A stretch of DNA of 64,000 nucleotides from Cellulosilyticaceae bacterium (lineage in GTDB: Bacteria; Bacillota; Clostridia; Lachnospirales; Cellulosilyticaceae): assembly GCA_051659885.1 (NCBI GenBank), contig JBOFPL010000063.1, positions 10,371 through 74,370 of the forward strand, in the 5' to 3' direction. The translations under genes were made by a program, and so were the position numbers. The notes under the pieces are model-generated. The model searched no databases. It was not told where the DNA came from and saw only the letters and a list, made by a program, of their open reading frames with translations. This document shows positions 36,072-46,650 of the stretch, one piece after another (position 1 is the stretch's first letter; each line of letters opens with the position of its first letter).

Positions 36072-36320
36072 TTAAACCTCAATATCATATTCATCACTTT
36101 CCATAAACAGTAAAGTAATTCGTCTAAACTCATTTTCATCCTCGATTAATTCAAATCTTACTGAGTTCTCATCGTCTTCAATTTGCTTAAGAATAGTAGC
36201 CTCATCATCAGCATCTACAACTAATATATAAGTTATTTCCTCTACTGTTAAACGGTCTACGATTTCAAACTCTACTTCTTCACCTGTATTTTCATCAAAA
36301 AACATAATACTTTCTTCCAT
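36072..36320 (-). CDS. DUF1292 family protein (YrzB-like)
   Basis: 82 aa acidic protein with FDENTGEEVEFEIVDRLTVEEITYILV. It sits downstream of ruvX, as yrzB does in B. subtilis. Confidence 0.8.
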   Translation of the reverse strand: MEESIMFFDENTGEEVEFEIVDRLTVEEITYILVVDADDEATILKQIEDDENSVRFELIEDENEFRRITLLFMESDEYDIEV

Positions 36321-36346
36321 TATTTTAATCTCCTTTTATATAAAAT

Positions 36347-36766
36347 TTATCTTTGTGTATCTAAATAATTTTGTAAAATAATTACTGCTGCTACCTTGTC
36401 AATAACTTTTTTTCGTTTTCCTCTACTTACATCTGCTTGAATCAACATACTTTCTGCTGCTACGGTGCTTAATCTTTCATCCCATAATTCTACAGGTAAT
36501 TTCAATTTGTTTTCTAACTTTTTTTTGAAATTCAAGGTGCTTTCAGCTCTTTCCCCTAAAGTATTATCCATGTTTTTAGGTAACCCTAGCACAATCTTCT
36601 CTACACTATATTGTGTACATAATTCACCAATTCTATTTATTGTTGGTTTAATATTGAATTCATCTGTACGTCTGACAATCTCTAGTCCTTGTGCAGTAAG
36701 TCCCATCGGATCGCTCACTGCTACACCTGTCGTTTTTGTTCCAAAATCTAGTCCTAATATACGCAA
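36347..36766 (-). CDS. ruvX: Putative pre-16S rRNA nuclease / Holliday junction resolvase-like YqgF
   Basis: 139 aa with [23 protein letters not shown] and [10 protein letters not shown]. Confidence 0.93.
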   Translation of the reverse strand: MRILGLDFGTKTTGVAVSDPMGLTAQGLEIVRRTDEFNIKPTINRIGELCTQYSVEKIVLGLPKNMDNTLGERAESTLNFKKKLENKLKLPVELWDERLSTVAAESMLIQADVSRGKRKKVIDKVAAVIILQNYLDTQR

Positions 36767-36823
36767 AGTTAAAATCCTCCTTATTACGATAAAAAGCTGT
36801 AGAGTCCATCTACAGCCTTTTTA

Positions 36824-37075
36824 TTATTGTTTTAAATAATATGCAACTAATTCCTCTAAAATTTCATCTCTCTCAAGTTTTCTAATTTTAGTTCTTGCAC
36901 CATTATGACTGGTAATATAAGTTGGGTCTCCTGACATAATATATCCAACGATTTGATTAATAGGATTATATCCCTTTGCTTTGAGTGCTGTATAAACATC
37001 TATTAAAATTTCTCTTGTTGATGCTTGCTCTGGAATTTCAAAGTGAAATTGCATGGTTTCATTTATATTCTTCAT
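36824..37075 (-). CDS. ireB: IreB family regulatory phosphoprotein (UPF0297/DUF965)
   Basis: TMQFHF...[35 protein letters not shown]. The start is at 37075 with SD AAGGTGAGG. The track start at 37144 adds an implausible leader. Confidence 0.88.
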   Translation of the reverse strand: MKNINETMQFHFEIPEQASTREILIDVYTALKAKGYNPINQIVGYIMSGDPTYITSHNGARTKIRKLERDEILEELVAYYLKQ

Positions 37076-37158
37076 ATGCCTCACCTTCCAATATTTACAC
37101 TTATGTCTTAAATATATGATAATACAATATAGTGGGATATGCAATTAAAAAATCTAAT

Positions 37159-38457
37159 TTATCCTGCTATATGTCCTTTTAATAATTCCCCACTTATTTC
37201 ATCAATCACTACCTTTTGAATCGTATTTTCTAATAACTCCTCAGATTCTACTTCTACTTTAAGGTAGTTGCTCGTATGACCATACGCTCTGCCTGCCTTA
37301 TCTTCTTCAAATAATACCTCTACTACTTGACCTAGATGTGAATGTATAAATCTGTTGCTTGTTTCATCGGTAGCTTGTTTCAAGCGTTTTACTCGCTCTT
37401 CTTTTATATTTGGAGCTATTTGATCTTTCATTTTAGCTGCTGGCGTACCCTCTCTCGTTGAATAAGGGAAAATGTGTACCCCTGCAAATCCAATACGTTT
37501 AACAAATTCTAATGTTTGTTCAAATTCTTCTTCTGTCTCACCAGGGAATCCCACTATAATATCTGTGGTAATTGCTACATCTGGCCACACCTCTCTTAAA
37601 CGTTTCACACTTTGTTCATACTCATCTGTAGTATATTTTCTATTCATACGTTTAAGAACTGTATCACAACCACTTTGTAAGGAAAGATGGAAATGCTTAC
37701 AAAGCTTAGGTACCTCTTTAATCATCTCTATAAATTTATCTGTTACTACTATAGGTTCAATTGAACTCATTCGTAGTCTTTCAATACCCTTTATATCATG
37801 AATTTTAGGTATAAGCGTTGTAAGTGAAGTACTCTCTAAATCTTTCCCATAAGAGGCTACGTGTATTCCTGTTAGAATAATTTCTTTAAATCCTGCTTGA
37901 GCTAGACGTATTGCTTCATCTATAACATTTTCTTCTTTTCTACTTCTAATTTTCCCTCTTACATAAGGAATAATACAATATGTGCAATAATTATTACATC
38001 CTTCTTGTATTTTCAAGTAGATACGTGTATGTTGATCCATAGCTGAAATTTTAAGTTCTTCAAACTCTTCTACTTCCATGATATTATGAACAGTATTATT
38101 AAAAGCTTGATCTGCTTGATACTGCTCTACCAAAGTTACAATTTGATTTCTATTATTAGTACCAACTATAATATCTACTTCTTCTACTTCTTCTTTAATT
38201 TTTTCCTTTGCAGATTGTGCATAACACCCCATAGCAACTAGTATACTATTAGGGTTAATCTTTTTTGTTTTTCTTAAAGCTTGCCTACATTTTCTATCGC
38301 TTAAATGGGTTACTGTACACGTATTTACCACATAAACATCTGCATATTCGCTAAAAGATACACTTTCATAGCCAGAACTTTTAAAAGATTCCACTACGGC
38401 TTCTGTATCATATTGGTTCACCTTACACCCTAAAGTGTAGAATGCTGCTTTTTTCAC
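37159..38457 (-). CDS. mtaB: Radical SAM methylthiotransferase, MtaB-like (ms2t6A)
   Basis: UPF0004 N-terminus FYTLGCKVNQYD, radical SAM motif CNNYCTYC, and a TRAM-like C-terminus. GTG start at 38457 with SD AAAGAGGTG. Its position after rsmE and prmA matches yqeV. Confidence 0.85.
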   Translation of the reverse strand: MKKAAFYTLGCKVNQYDTEAVVESFKSSGYESVSFSEYADVYVVNTCTVTHLSDRKCRQALRKTKKINPNSILVAMGCYAQSAKEKIKEEVEEVDIIVGTNNRNQIVTLVEQYQADQAFNNTVHNIMEVEEFEELKISAMDQHTRIYLKIQEGCNNYCTYCIIPYVRGKIRSRKEENVIDEAIRLAQAGFKEIILTGIHVASYGKDLESTSLTTLIPKIHDIKGIERLRMSSIEPIVVTDKFIEMIKEVPKLCKHFHLSLQSGCDTVLKRMNRKYTTDEYEQSVKRLREVWPDVAITTDIIVGFPGETEEEFEQTLEFVKRIGFAGVHIFPYSTREGTPAAKMKDQIAPNIKEERVKRLKQATDETSNRFIHSHLGQVVEVLFEEDKAGRAYGHTSNYLKVEVESEELLENTIQKVVIDEISGELLKGHIAG

Positions 38458-38533
38458 TTTTACACCTCTTTCATGTTGACAATTATAGATTGTGCATATA
38501 TTATACAAGTAATAGAATCAAGGAGGAATGCAT

Positions 38534-38767
38534 ATGACATCCATAAATATTTGCCTAAACTCAATAGAAAAAGTAAAATCTTTTGTTAATCTAATCAGTA
38601 AGTTCGATGGTGATTTTGACTTAACATCGGGTAGATATGTCATCGATGCAAAATCTATCATGGGAATATTTAGTCTTGATTTAAGTAAACCCTTAAAACT
38701 AGAAATTCATAATGATACGTCTAGCAACGAACTATTAGAAAAACTAAAAGAATTTAGTGCCGAATAA
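38534..38767 (+). CDS. HPr-fold small protein lacking the His15 site
   Basis: FVNLISKFDGDFDLTSGRYVIDAKSIMGIFSL aligns by eye with HPr [32 protein letters not shown]. The HPr stretch GIHARPA is replaced by NSIEKVK. SD GGAGGA lies 7 nt before the ATG at 38534. Confidence 0.6.
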   Translation: MTSINICLNSIEKVKSFVNLISKFDGDFDLTSGRYVIDAKSIMGIFSLDLSKPLKLEIHNDTSSNELLEKLKEFSAE

Positions 38768-38776
38768 GAATAGATA

Positions 38777-38808
38777 GAGTAAAAGTCCATGTCAATGGAC
38801 TTTTACTC
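38777..38808. terminator. Bidirectional hairpin between the HPr-like gene and thiI
   Basis: Perfect 14-bp stem GAGTAAAAGTCCAT-GTCA-ATGGACTTTTACTC. The last base is the first base of the thiI stop-codon complement. Confidence 0.7.
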
Positions 38809-39989
38809 TATATTTTTATAACTTCCATTTCTGCAATTGATTTTTGCATCATTTCTTCAATACAGTCATCAAGATGTCTTTCTGATCTTTCAATTTGATC
38901 TAGTTTAGGTTTTGTTTCTGGATGTTTTGGTACAAATATTGTACAACAATCTTCATATGGTAAGATAGATGTTTCAAATGTATCAATCTTTTTAGCAATT
39001 TGTACAATCTCTTCTTTATCAAATCCAATAAGTGGTCTAAATACAGGCATGTTTGCTGAATCATCTGTAGCAACTAATCCATGCATTGTTTGACTTGCTA
39101 CTTGCCCAATACTTTCCCCTGTAATAAGCGCCATACTACCATTAGATCTAGCAATCCTCTGAGCAATTTCCATCATAATACGTCTCATGATAATAGTTAA
39201 TTGTTCATGTGGACATTTTTCATAAATAGCCATTTGAATTTCTGTAAATGGTACCACATGTACTCTCATCTCTCCTGTATAAACAGCTACTTTTTTTGCT
39301 AAATCGATAACTTTATCTTTTGCTCTTTCACTTGTATATGGAGGACTATGGAAATAAACTGCATCAACTTCTACACCGCGTTTAGCAATCATCCATCCTG
39401 CTACAGGGCTATCAATCCCTCCAGATAATAAAAGTGTTGCCTTTCCATTTGTTCCATAAGGCATTCCACCTGCTGCTTTATGCGTTTTAGAGTATACGTA
39501 TACTCCAGTTCTAATTTCTACTACAAGTTTTACATCCGGATTACGTACATCTACTGCTAATTGTCCCTCAAACTGTTCAAGTAAGTAACCACCTAATTCA
39601 GCACTTACTTCCATTGATTTAAGTGGGAATCTTTTATCTGCACGTTTTGTCTCTACTTTAAATGTTAATTTTTCTTTTCCCTCAAGTTCTTTTTTCATAT
39701 GAGCTACTGCAAGTTCTTGAATAGCTTCCATAGAAACTTCATCTTTCTTGGTTCCATATGCTACCCCAATGATTCCAAATATACGTGTTAATTGATTTAC
39801 AATTAACTCATCATCAATATACGCTTCATTAGGTTCTACTGTAATACGTCCTTGTTCCTTTTTTACAGTAAAATCTCCAATTGTTTTTAGATTTTTTCTA
39901 ATGGTATTTACTAATCTATTTTCAAATAGATATCTGTTTTTTCCTTTAATAGCTAATTCGCCATACTTAATTAAAAATACATTTTTCAC
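38808..39989 (-). CDS. thiI: tRNA 4-thiouridine synthase ThiI (no rhodanese domain)
   Basis: 393 aa. THUMP region and PP-loop LLSGGIDSPVA. Confidence 0.94.
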   Translation of the reverse strand: MKNVFLIKYGELAIKGKNRYLFENRLVNTIRKNLKTIGDFTVKKEQGRITVEPNEAYIDDELIVNQLTRIFGIIGVAYGTKKDEVSMEAIQELAVAHMKKELEGKEKLTFKVETKRADKRFPLKSMEVSAELGGYLLEQFEGQLAVDVRNPDVKLVVEIRTGVYVYSKTHKAAGGMPYGTNGKATLLLSGGIDSPVAGWMIAKRGVEVDAVYFHSPPYTSERAKDKVIDLAKKVAVYTGEMRVHVVPFTEIQMAIYEKCPHEQLTIIMRRIMMEIAQRIARSNGSMALITGESIGQVASQTMHGLVATDDSANMPVFRPLIGFDKEEIVQIAKKIDTFETSILPYEDCCTIFVPKHPETKPKLDQIERSERHLDDCIEEMMQKSIAEMEVIKI

Positions 39990-41162
39990 TTATTTTTTTC
40001 CTCCTAATTTAAATCTTCTTAATAATGTAACTTGAGATTTTAAGATATTAATCGCTTCATCTAAATCTTCCTTGGTTGTTTCATGCCCAAATGAAAATCT
40101 AATTGCTTGATCTAGCTCTTGATTTCTTCTTCCAATTGCATACAATGCAGTTTTAGGATTCACTTTATTTGATGAACAAGCTGATCCTGAGGAAACATAG
40201 ATATTATATTGTTCTAATGCATGTAATAATACTTCTGCCCTTACATCCTTAAAAGATACATTTAATATATGAGGGGCCCCCTCTTCTAAACTTGGCCCAT
40301 TAATTGTACATTCTGGAATGTTGTCCATAATTTGTTCTACAAAATATTTCTTACAGCTTTTATAATGCTCTGTAAGCCTAACAAAATTTTTATAAGTATA
40401 CTCTCCTGCACAATAAATACCTGCTATTCCTGGGGTGTTTTCAGTTCCTGAACGTAAATTCTTTTGCTGCCCTCCCCCATGAAGAATATTTACTATTCTA
40501 CTAGTTTTACTCTTATAAAGTATTCCTATTCCCTTAGGTGCATAAAACTTATGCCCACTTATAGAGAGTAAATCAATTTTACTTCTTTTTACTGAAATAG
40601 GAATTTTACTAAAAGATTGAATAGCATCAACATGAAATGCTGTTTGAGGATTAATAGACTTAATGATTTGTCCGATTTTATCTAAGTTTTGTACTGTTCC
40701 AATTTCATTGTTTACATGCATAATACTTACCAAAATCGTTTGTTCATCTATTACTTCTTCTAATTGATTTAAGTCTACATATCCTTCTTCATCTACATTT
40801 AATGTTACTACCTCAAATCCTTTTTGCTCTAAATGAGTAAAAACTTCCTGTACAGATGGATGTTCTATATTGGTAGTTACAATCTTTTTACCTCTTTTTT
40901 CATGTGCATAAGCAGTTCCTAATATTGCTAAATTATTGCTTTCTGTCCCACCAGAAGTATACAGGATTTCCTCCTTTGTACATCCTAGTACTTTTGCAAA
41001 AAATTCACTACTTTGCTTAATAATACTTTCGCCTTGCATACCTTTTCTGTGCAAGGAAGAGGGGTTACCATAATTTTCTCGCATAGCTTCTGTTACAGCT
41101 TCTATAACCTCTTCTAGTGGCCTAGTAGTTGCTGCATTATCTAAGTAAATTTCTCTTTTCAT
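39990..41162 (-). CDS. Cysteine desulfurase (NifS/IscS class; NifZ-like partner of ThiI)
   Basis: PLP lysine block SISGHKFYAPKGIG and catalytic Cys loop SSGSACSS. Its stop abuts the thiI start. I prefer the ATG at 41162 (MKREIYLDNAATT) with SD GGAGG. Confidence 0.92.
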   Translation of the reverse strand: MKREIYLDNAATTRPLEEVIEAVTEAMRENYGNPSSLHRKGMQGESIIKQSSEFFAKVLGCTKEEILYTSGGTESNNLAILGTAYAHEKRGKKIVTTNIEHPSVQEVFTHLEQKGFEVVTLNVDEEGYVDLNQLEEVIDEQTILVSIMHVNNEIGTVQNLDKIGQIIKSINPQTAFHVDAIQSFSKIPISVKRSKIDLLSISGHKFYAPKGIGILYKSKTSRIVNILHGGGQQKNLRSGTENTPGIAGIYCAGEYTYKNFVRLTEHYKSCKKYFVEQIMDNIPECTINGPSLEEGAPHILNVSFKDVRAEVLLHALEQYNIYVSSGSACSSNKVNPKTALYAIGRRNQELDQAIRFSFGHETTKEDLDEAINILKSQVTLLRRFKLGGKK

Positions 41163-41263
41163 CTTTTTAACGCCTCCAATAAGAGCTATACTCTTAACGT
41201 GAAAAAAGGGGGGATATATTATTCTCCCCACCTGTTTTGCTCATAACATTTTAAATGGCTTGA

Positions 41264-42007
41264 TTAGTTCATTTCTCCCATTTCATACATAATGTTAGCA
41301 AGGACAACTAACCCAGCTGTTTCACTGCGTAAGATTCTAGGGCCTAATGTAATGCTTGATATACCACTTTCCTTTGCCTCTAGCACCTCTTCTTCTGAAA
41401 ATCCACCTTCTGGTCCAATAAATATACCAAAAGATTGTGCAGCCTGACTACTTAAAAATGCTTTAATCGTAGTCTCCTTTTCTTTCTCGTAAGGAATACA
41501 AGATGTTTGTAAGTAAGCCTTAGCATACTCTATAGCCTTAGTAAATAGCATTGGTTCACAAACTTGTGGCACAATTCCTCTACCACTTTGTTTGGCTGCT
41601 GATTCCGCAATTTTATTCCAACGCTCTACTTTACTAGCTGTTTTCTTGCCACTTTCTAGTTTAACCACACATCTAGAAGTAGCCATTGGAATAATCTTAG
41701 TTACCCCAATTTCTATAGCCTTTTGGATTACCAATTCCATTTTCTCTCCTTTTACAAGAGATTGAAATAAAATAGTATCAATAGCTGGCTCAGTTTCAGA
41801 ATCAAGTGTTTCTGTTATTCTCGTTTTTATTACATTATTTTCTATTAGACTTATTATACACTTATAATCCTTGCCTTGTCTATCATTAATTATAAGGCTA
41901 TCACCTTCTTCAAGTCTAAGTACATTTTTAATATGATTAACATTCTCATCTTGAATTATAACTTCTTCCTCTAATACAGCACTTCTATCTACAAAAAACT
42001 TTGGCAT
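41264..42007 (-). CDS. rsmE: 16S rRNA (uracil1498-N3)-methyltransferase
   Basis: 247 aa. PUA-like N-terminus (HIKNVLRLEEGD) and SPOUT C-terminus (GPEGGFSEEEV, LGPRILRSETA). Confidence 0.92.
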   Translation of the reverse strand: MPKFFVDRSAVLEEEVIIQDENVNHIKNVLRLEEGDSLIINDRQGKDYKCIISLIENNVIKTRITETLDSETEPAIDTILFQSLVKGEKMELVIQKAIEIGVTKIIPMATSRCVVKLESGKKTASKVERWNKIAESAAKQSGRGIVPQVCEPMLFTKAIEYAKAYLQTSCIPYEKEKETTIKAFLSSQAAQSFGIFIGPEGGFSEEEVLEAKESGISSITLGPRILRSETAGLVVLANIMYEMGEMN

Positions 42008-42008
42008 C

Positions 42009-42944
42009 TTACATTCCTCTTTTAGCTACGATAGCTACCCATTCTTTTTGTTCCATAACTTTTATAATATGCCATCCATTTCGCTTCATTGCCTCTGTTA
42101 CATCTTCTTTTCTTGAGTTAATAATCCCTGATGAAATCCAAATCCCATCTTCAGCAATAACTTGATCTACTTGATCACATAGCATAATAATAACATCTGC
42201 AATAATATTAGAAACAACAATATTTCCTTTTTCAGCAATAACATCAATAAGATTTCCGGCTTTGGCTTCCATTACTTCATCTACATTATTTGTACGGATA
42301 TTTTCATTAGCTACCCTTACAGCTACTGGATCAATATCTACTCCAACTACTTTACTTGCTCCCATTTTGGCTGCAAGAATTCCTAAGATACCACTTCCTG
42401 TTCCTATATCAATAACAATATCTTTAGTTGTAATATTTTCTTCAAGTAGTTCTACACACATAGCTGTAGTTTCATGTGTTCCTGTTCCAAAAGCCATTCC
42501 TGGATCCATTTCTATAATAAGTTCTGAAGTAGCAGGATACTCTTCCCAGGTAGGTTTAATAACAATATTCTTACCTAGTTTAACTGGTTTGTAGTATTTT
42601 TTCCATTCATTAGCCCATCTCTCTTCTGGGATATCAAGTAAAGTAATTTTACCTGTTCCTACTTCTAAAAATTCTTTAATGTTCTCAAGGTGATTTTTAA
42701 TCGCTTCAATTTTTTCAGCTACGTTAATTTCTGTTGAGAAATAAGCTTTCACTATAACTGTATCCATATCTGCTTGTAGTAAACTATCATCTATGAAATC
42801 ATAAATCACTTGTGTTCTATCCTGTGAGATTACATCTTTTGGATCACAAATTTCTACTCCACCTGCATTTTCTTCTACTAAGAAATAGCTAAGAGCTTCT
42901 ACTGCCTCTGTCTTTGTTTCTATTGCTATTTGAATATAGTCCAC
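42009..42944 (-). CDS. prmA: Ribosomal protein L11 methyltransferase
   Basis: 311 aa with DPGMAFGTGTHETT and DIGTGSGILGI. Confidence 0.94.
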   Translation of the reverse strand: MDYIQIAIETKTEAVEALSYFLVEENAGGVEICDPKDVISQDRTQVIYDFIDDSLLQADMDTVIVKAYFSTEINVAEKIEAIKNHLENIKEFLEVGTGKITLLDIPEERWANEWKKYYKPVKLGKNIVIKPTWEEYPATSELIIEMDPGMAFGTGTHETTAMCVELLEENITTKDIVIDIGTGSGILGILAAKMGASKVVGVDIDPVAVRVANENIRTNNVDEVMEAKAGNLIDVIAEKGNIVVSNIIADVIIMLCDQVDQVIAEDGIWISSGIINSRKEDVTEAMKRNGWHIIKVMEQKEWVAIVAKRGM

Positions 42945-42971
42945 TTATTGTTCCTCCTGCTGAACTTCTCT

Positions 42972-44111
42972 TTAGTTTTTATTTAAAAATTTTTCAATTT
43001 TTTGTTTCCAGCTTTTTTGTTCAGGTTGATGGTCTGCTGTATCACTTTCAAATTCTCTAAGCAGATTTTTTTGATTAGCTGTAAGATTTTTAGGAACCTC
43101 TATATTCACTTCAACATATTGGTCGCCACGACGCTTTTGGTTACGAATATTTGGTATTCCTTTACCCTGTAGTCTAAATACTGTCCCTGTTTGTGTAGCT
43201 TCTGGAATATTGAACTTCACATTCCCATCTAATGTTGGTATAGACACTTCTGCACCTAGCGCTGCTTGTGTAAAAGTAATTGGCATCTTCATATAGACAT
43301 CATTTCCTCTTCTTTCAAAGATTTCATGTGGTCTAATATATACCGTAATTAAAAGATCTCCATTTGGTGCACCTACATCTCCCACTTCACCTTTCCCAGA
43401 AATTCTAAGTGTTTGACCATGGTCAATACCCGCTGGGAATGTTACAGTTATTTTCTTTGCTGTTCTTACTTTACCTTGACCATGGCATGCTGTGCAAGGG
43501 TCTTTGATAATTTTCCCTTCCCCATGACATGCATCACATGTTTGTACCGATTGCATTGCTCCAAGAATAGTTCTTTGTGTAACACGAATTTGACCTGTTC
43601 CACCACATTTTGTACAAGTTGTTGCCGAAGATCCTGGCTTAGCCTTTGTTCCATTACATGTACTGCAAGTCTCTGCTGTATTAATTTGAATTTCTTTTTC
43701 TACTCCAAAAGCTGCCTCTGCAAAATCAATTTGAATTGTTTGTTTAAGGTCAGCACCTGGCATAGGCCCACGAGGACGTCTACGTCCGCCACCACCGAAC
43801 ATATCTCCAAATACACTTCCAAAGATATCTTCCATATCAAAATCAAATCCTGCACCATTAAAGCCGCCTGCGCCGCCACCCATTTGGTCGAACGCACTAT
43901 GACCATATCTATCATATGCATCTCTTTTTTCTTGATTACTTAATATTTCATAAGCTTCTGTTGCTTCTTTAAATTTTGCTTCTGCTTCTTTATTATCTGG
44001 ATTTGTATCTGGATGATACTGTTTTGCTAACTTTCTATATGCTTTTTTTATTTCAGCGTCTGTTGCTCCTTTTTGGATACCTAAGACTTCATAATAATCT
44101 CTTTTTGTCAT
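42972..44111 (-). CDS. dnaJ: Molecular chaperone DnaJ
   Basis: J domain with HPD (YHPDTNP), a G/F region, and four CxxCxGxG zinc-finger repeats. Confidence 0.98.
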   Translation of the reverse strand: MTKRDYYEVLGIQKGATDAEIKKAYRKLAKQYHPDTNPDNKEAEAKFKEATEAYEILSNQEKRDAYDRYGHSAFDQMGGGAGGFNGAGFDFDMEDIFGSVFGDMFGGGGRRRPRGPMPGADLKQTIQIDFAEAAFGVEKEIQINTAETCSTCNGTKAKPGSSATTCTKCGGTGQIRVTQRTILGAMQSVQTCDACHGEGKIIKDPCTACHGQGKVRTAKKITVTFPAGIDHGQTLRISGKGEVGDVGAPNGDLLITVYIRPHEIFERRGNDVYMKMPITFTQAALGAEVSIPTLDGNVKFNIPEATQTGTVFRLQGKGIPNIRNQKRRGDQYVEVNIEVPKNLTANQKNLLREFESDTADHQPEQKSWKQKIEKFLNKN

Positions 44112-44189
44112 ATTTCTTCACCTACCCATTATCTTTTAACTTACTTCATTATACAGGGCATACTCCCCGATATCAACACTAACGTAGAA

Positions 44190-44218
44190 ACAGTCAAAGA
44201 GGTTAGCTCTTTGACTGT
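44190..44218 (-). terminator. Hairpin between dnaK and dnaJ (partial terminator or processing site)
   Basis: 12-bp stem ACAGTCAAAGAG / CTCTTTGACTGT with a 5-nt loop. The T tract on the minus strand is weak. Confidence 0.45.
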
Positions 44219-44229
44219 TCTAAAGTATC

Positions 44230-46062
44230 TTATTCTTCTTTAAAATCAGCATCGATTACATCATCGTTTTGTGCTGAGCCTGCTCCCATGTCTGCTGCGC
44301 CTTCTGGTGCTGCTTGACTATACATTTTTTCAGAAATTGCATAGAATACATTTGTTAATTCTTCTTTTGCTGCTTTTAAACTTTCTACATCAGCATCAGA
44401 AATATTTTCAATTGTTACTCTATCATTGATTTCTTTTAATTTATTAAGGCTTGCTTCTACATTTGCTTTATCTGTAGGATCAAGTTTGTCTTCCATATCT
44501 TTAATCATTTTTTCTGTTTGGAACACCATGCTATCTGCTTCATTTTTCACATCGATAGCTTCTTTACGTTTTTTATCCTCAGCTGCAAATTTCTCTGCTT
44601 CTTGAACTGCTTTGTTAATTTCATCATCACTAAGATTTGTACTAGCTGTAATTGTGATGTGTTGCTCTTTACCAGTTCCTAAGTCTTTAGCAGAAACTTT
44701 TACAATACCATTTGCATCAATATCAAATGTTACTTCGATTTGTGGAATACCACGTGGTGCTGGCATAATACCATCTAATTTGAAGTTACCAATTGTTTTA
44801 TTATCTCTTGCCATTGGTCTTTCACCTTGAACAACATGGATATCAACTGCTGGTTGGTTATCTGCTGCTGTTGAGAATACTTGACTTTTCTTAGTTGGGA
44901 TTGTTGTGTTTCTTTGGATAAGGTTTGTTGCTACCCCTCCCATTGTTTCAATACCAAGTGAAAGTGGTGTTACATCTAGAAGAAGAATATCTCCAGCCCC
45001 TTCATCTCCAGCAAGCTTTCCACCTTGGATAGCTGCACCAATAGCTACACATTCATCTGGGTTGATTCCTTTGAATGGTTCTTTTCCTGTAATACGTTTT
45101 ACAGCCTCTTGAACAGCTGGAATACGTGTTGATCCACCTACTAATAAAACTTTATCAAGTTCTGATGCACTAACCCCAGCATCATTCATAGCTGTTCTAA
45201 CTGGTCCCATTGTACGTTCTACAAGGTCAGCTGTTAATTCATCAAATTTTGCTCTTGTAAGTGTAATATCTAAGTTTTTACCAGTTGCACAGATAAACGG
45301 AATTAAGATATTAGCTGTTGATTTAGAAGAAAGTTCTTTCTTAGCAGTTTCTGCTGCTTCTTTAAGACGTTGCATAGCCATTCTATCAGCTGATAAATCT
45401 TCGCCTTCCATCTTCTTGAATTCTTCAACTAAATAGTTAATAACTCTTTGGTCAAAATCATCTCCACCTAAGTGGTTATCTCCACTTGTTGCAAGTACTT
45501 CGATTACACCATCACCAATTTCGATAACAGATACGTCGAATGTACCACCACCAAGGTCGTATACCATGATTTTTTGTTCTTGTTCATTTTCAAGTCCATA
45601 AGCAAGTGCTGCTGCTGTTGGCTCATTGATGATACGTTTTACATCAAGCCCTGCAATACGTCCAGCATCTTTTGTTGCTTGACGTTGGCTATCTGAGAAA
45701 TAAGCTGGTACAGTAATAACCGCTTCTGTTACTGCTTCTCCAAGATAATTTTCTGCATCTGATTTAAGTTTTTGAAGTGTAATTGCTGAAATCTCTTGTG
45801 GAGAGTATGCTTTATCATCAATTGTTACTTTGTAATCTGTTCCCATATGACGTTTGATAGAGCTAATTGTTCTATCGTGATTTGTGATTGCTTGACGTTT
45901 TGCAGTATCTCCTACTAAACGTTCACCATTTTTTGTAAAGGCAACTACTGAAGGAGTAGTTCTTCCTCCGTCTGCATTTACGATAACTACTGGTTTCCCA
46001 CCTTCCATTACAGAAACACATGAGTTTGTTGTACCTAAGTCAATACCTATTATTTTTCCCAT
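44230..46062 (-). CDS. dnaK: Molecular chaperone DnaK (Hsp70)
   Basis: 610 aa with [17 protein letters not shown] and [11 protein letters not shown]. Confidence 0.99.
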   Translation of the reverse strand: MGKIIGIDLGTTNSCVSVMEGGKPVVIVNADGGRTTPSVVAFTKNGERLVGDTAKRQAITNHDRTISSIKRHMGTDYKVTIDDKAYSPQEISAITLQKLKSDAENYLGEAVTEAVITVPAYFSDSQRQATKDAGRIAGLDVKRIINEPTAAALAYGLENEQEQKIMVYDLGGGTFDVSVIEIGDGVIEVLATSGDNHLGGDDFDQRVINYLVEEFKKMEGEDLSADRMAMQRLKEAAETAKKELSSKSTANILIPFICATGKNLDITLTRAKFDELTADLVERTMGPVRTAMNDAGVSASELDKVLLVGGSTRIPAVQEAVKRITGKEPFKGINPDECVAIGAAIQGGKLAGDEGAGDILLLDVTPLSLGIETMGGVATNLIQRNTTIPTKKSQVFSTAADNQPAVDIHVVQGERPMARDNKTIGNFKLDGIMPAPRGIPQIEVTFDIDANGIVKVSAKDLGTGKEQHITITASTNLSDDEINKAVQEAEKFAAEDKKRKEAIDVKNEADSMVFQTEKMIKDMEDKLDPTDKANVEASLNKLKEINDRVTIENISDADVESLKAAKEELTNVFYAISEKMYSQAAPEGAADMGAGSAQNDDVIDADFKEE

Positions 46063-46093
46063 ATCTAATGGCCTCCTATATGATAAATTGTAA

Positions 46094-46630
46094 TTAGTTT
46101 GCTACTTTTACCAAACTATGTCTAATAACTTTTTCTTTGTATTGATAACCTTTTTGAAGCTCTTCTACAACAATATTATCTCCTACATTTTCATCTTCTA
46201 CATGGAAGATTGCATTGTGAAATGCTGGATCAAATTCTTGCCCTTCTGCCTCAATTGGTGTAACATTTACTTTTTCAAGATACCCTATTAATTGTTTGTA
46301 AATGATTGACATCCCTTCATAGAATGACTTATCTTCACATTCTTGTTTTAAAGCTCTTTCAAAATTGTCTATTGTACCTAGTAATCCTGTGACAGCTTCA
46401 CTTACAGCTAAATCATAAATATTTTGCTTTTCTTTTTCAGTTCTTTTTCTATAGTTATCAAACTCAGCCATGAGCCTTTGGAGTCTTTCCAAGTACTCAC
46501 TCGCTTTGTCATCTACAACCTCTATTTCTTCTGTTTCAGCCTCAGCGTTTTCTTCTAAGACTTCTTCTACTTCGGTATTTTCTTCTAATACCTCTTCTAC
46601 ATCTTGGGAAGTTACTTTGTTCTCTTCCAT
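46094..46630 (-). CDS. grpE: Nucleotide exchange factor GrpE
   Basis: 178 aa. Acidic N-terminus, then [12 protein letters not shown] and the FDPAFHNA block. Confidence 0.96.
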   Translation of the reverse strand: MEENKVTSQDVEEVLEENTEVEEVLEENAEAETEEIEVVDDKASEYLERLQRLMAEFDNYRKRTEKEKQNIYDLAVSEAVTGLLGTIDNFERALKQECEDKSFYEGMSIIYKQLIGYLEKVNVTPIEAEGQEFDPAFHNAIFHVEDENVGDNIVVEELQKGYQYKEKVIRHSLVKVAN

Positions 46631-46650
46631 GGTATCACCCCTTCTACACC

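Noticed and set aside
43413-43943. 176-aa Cys-rich ORF on the plus strand inside dnaJ
   Set aside because: It is fully antisense to the strongly conserved dnaJ. Its cysteine richness mirrors the CxxCxGxG codons on the other strand. It has no SD or promoter.
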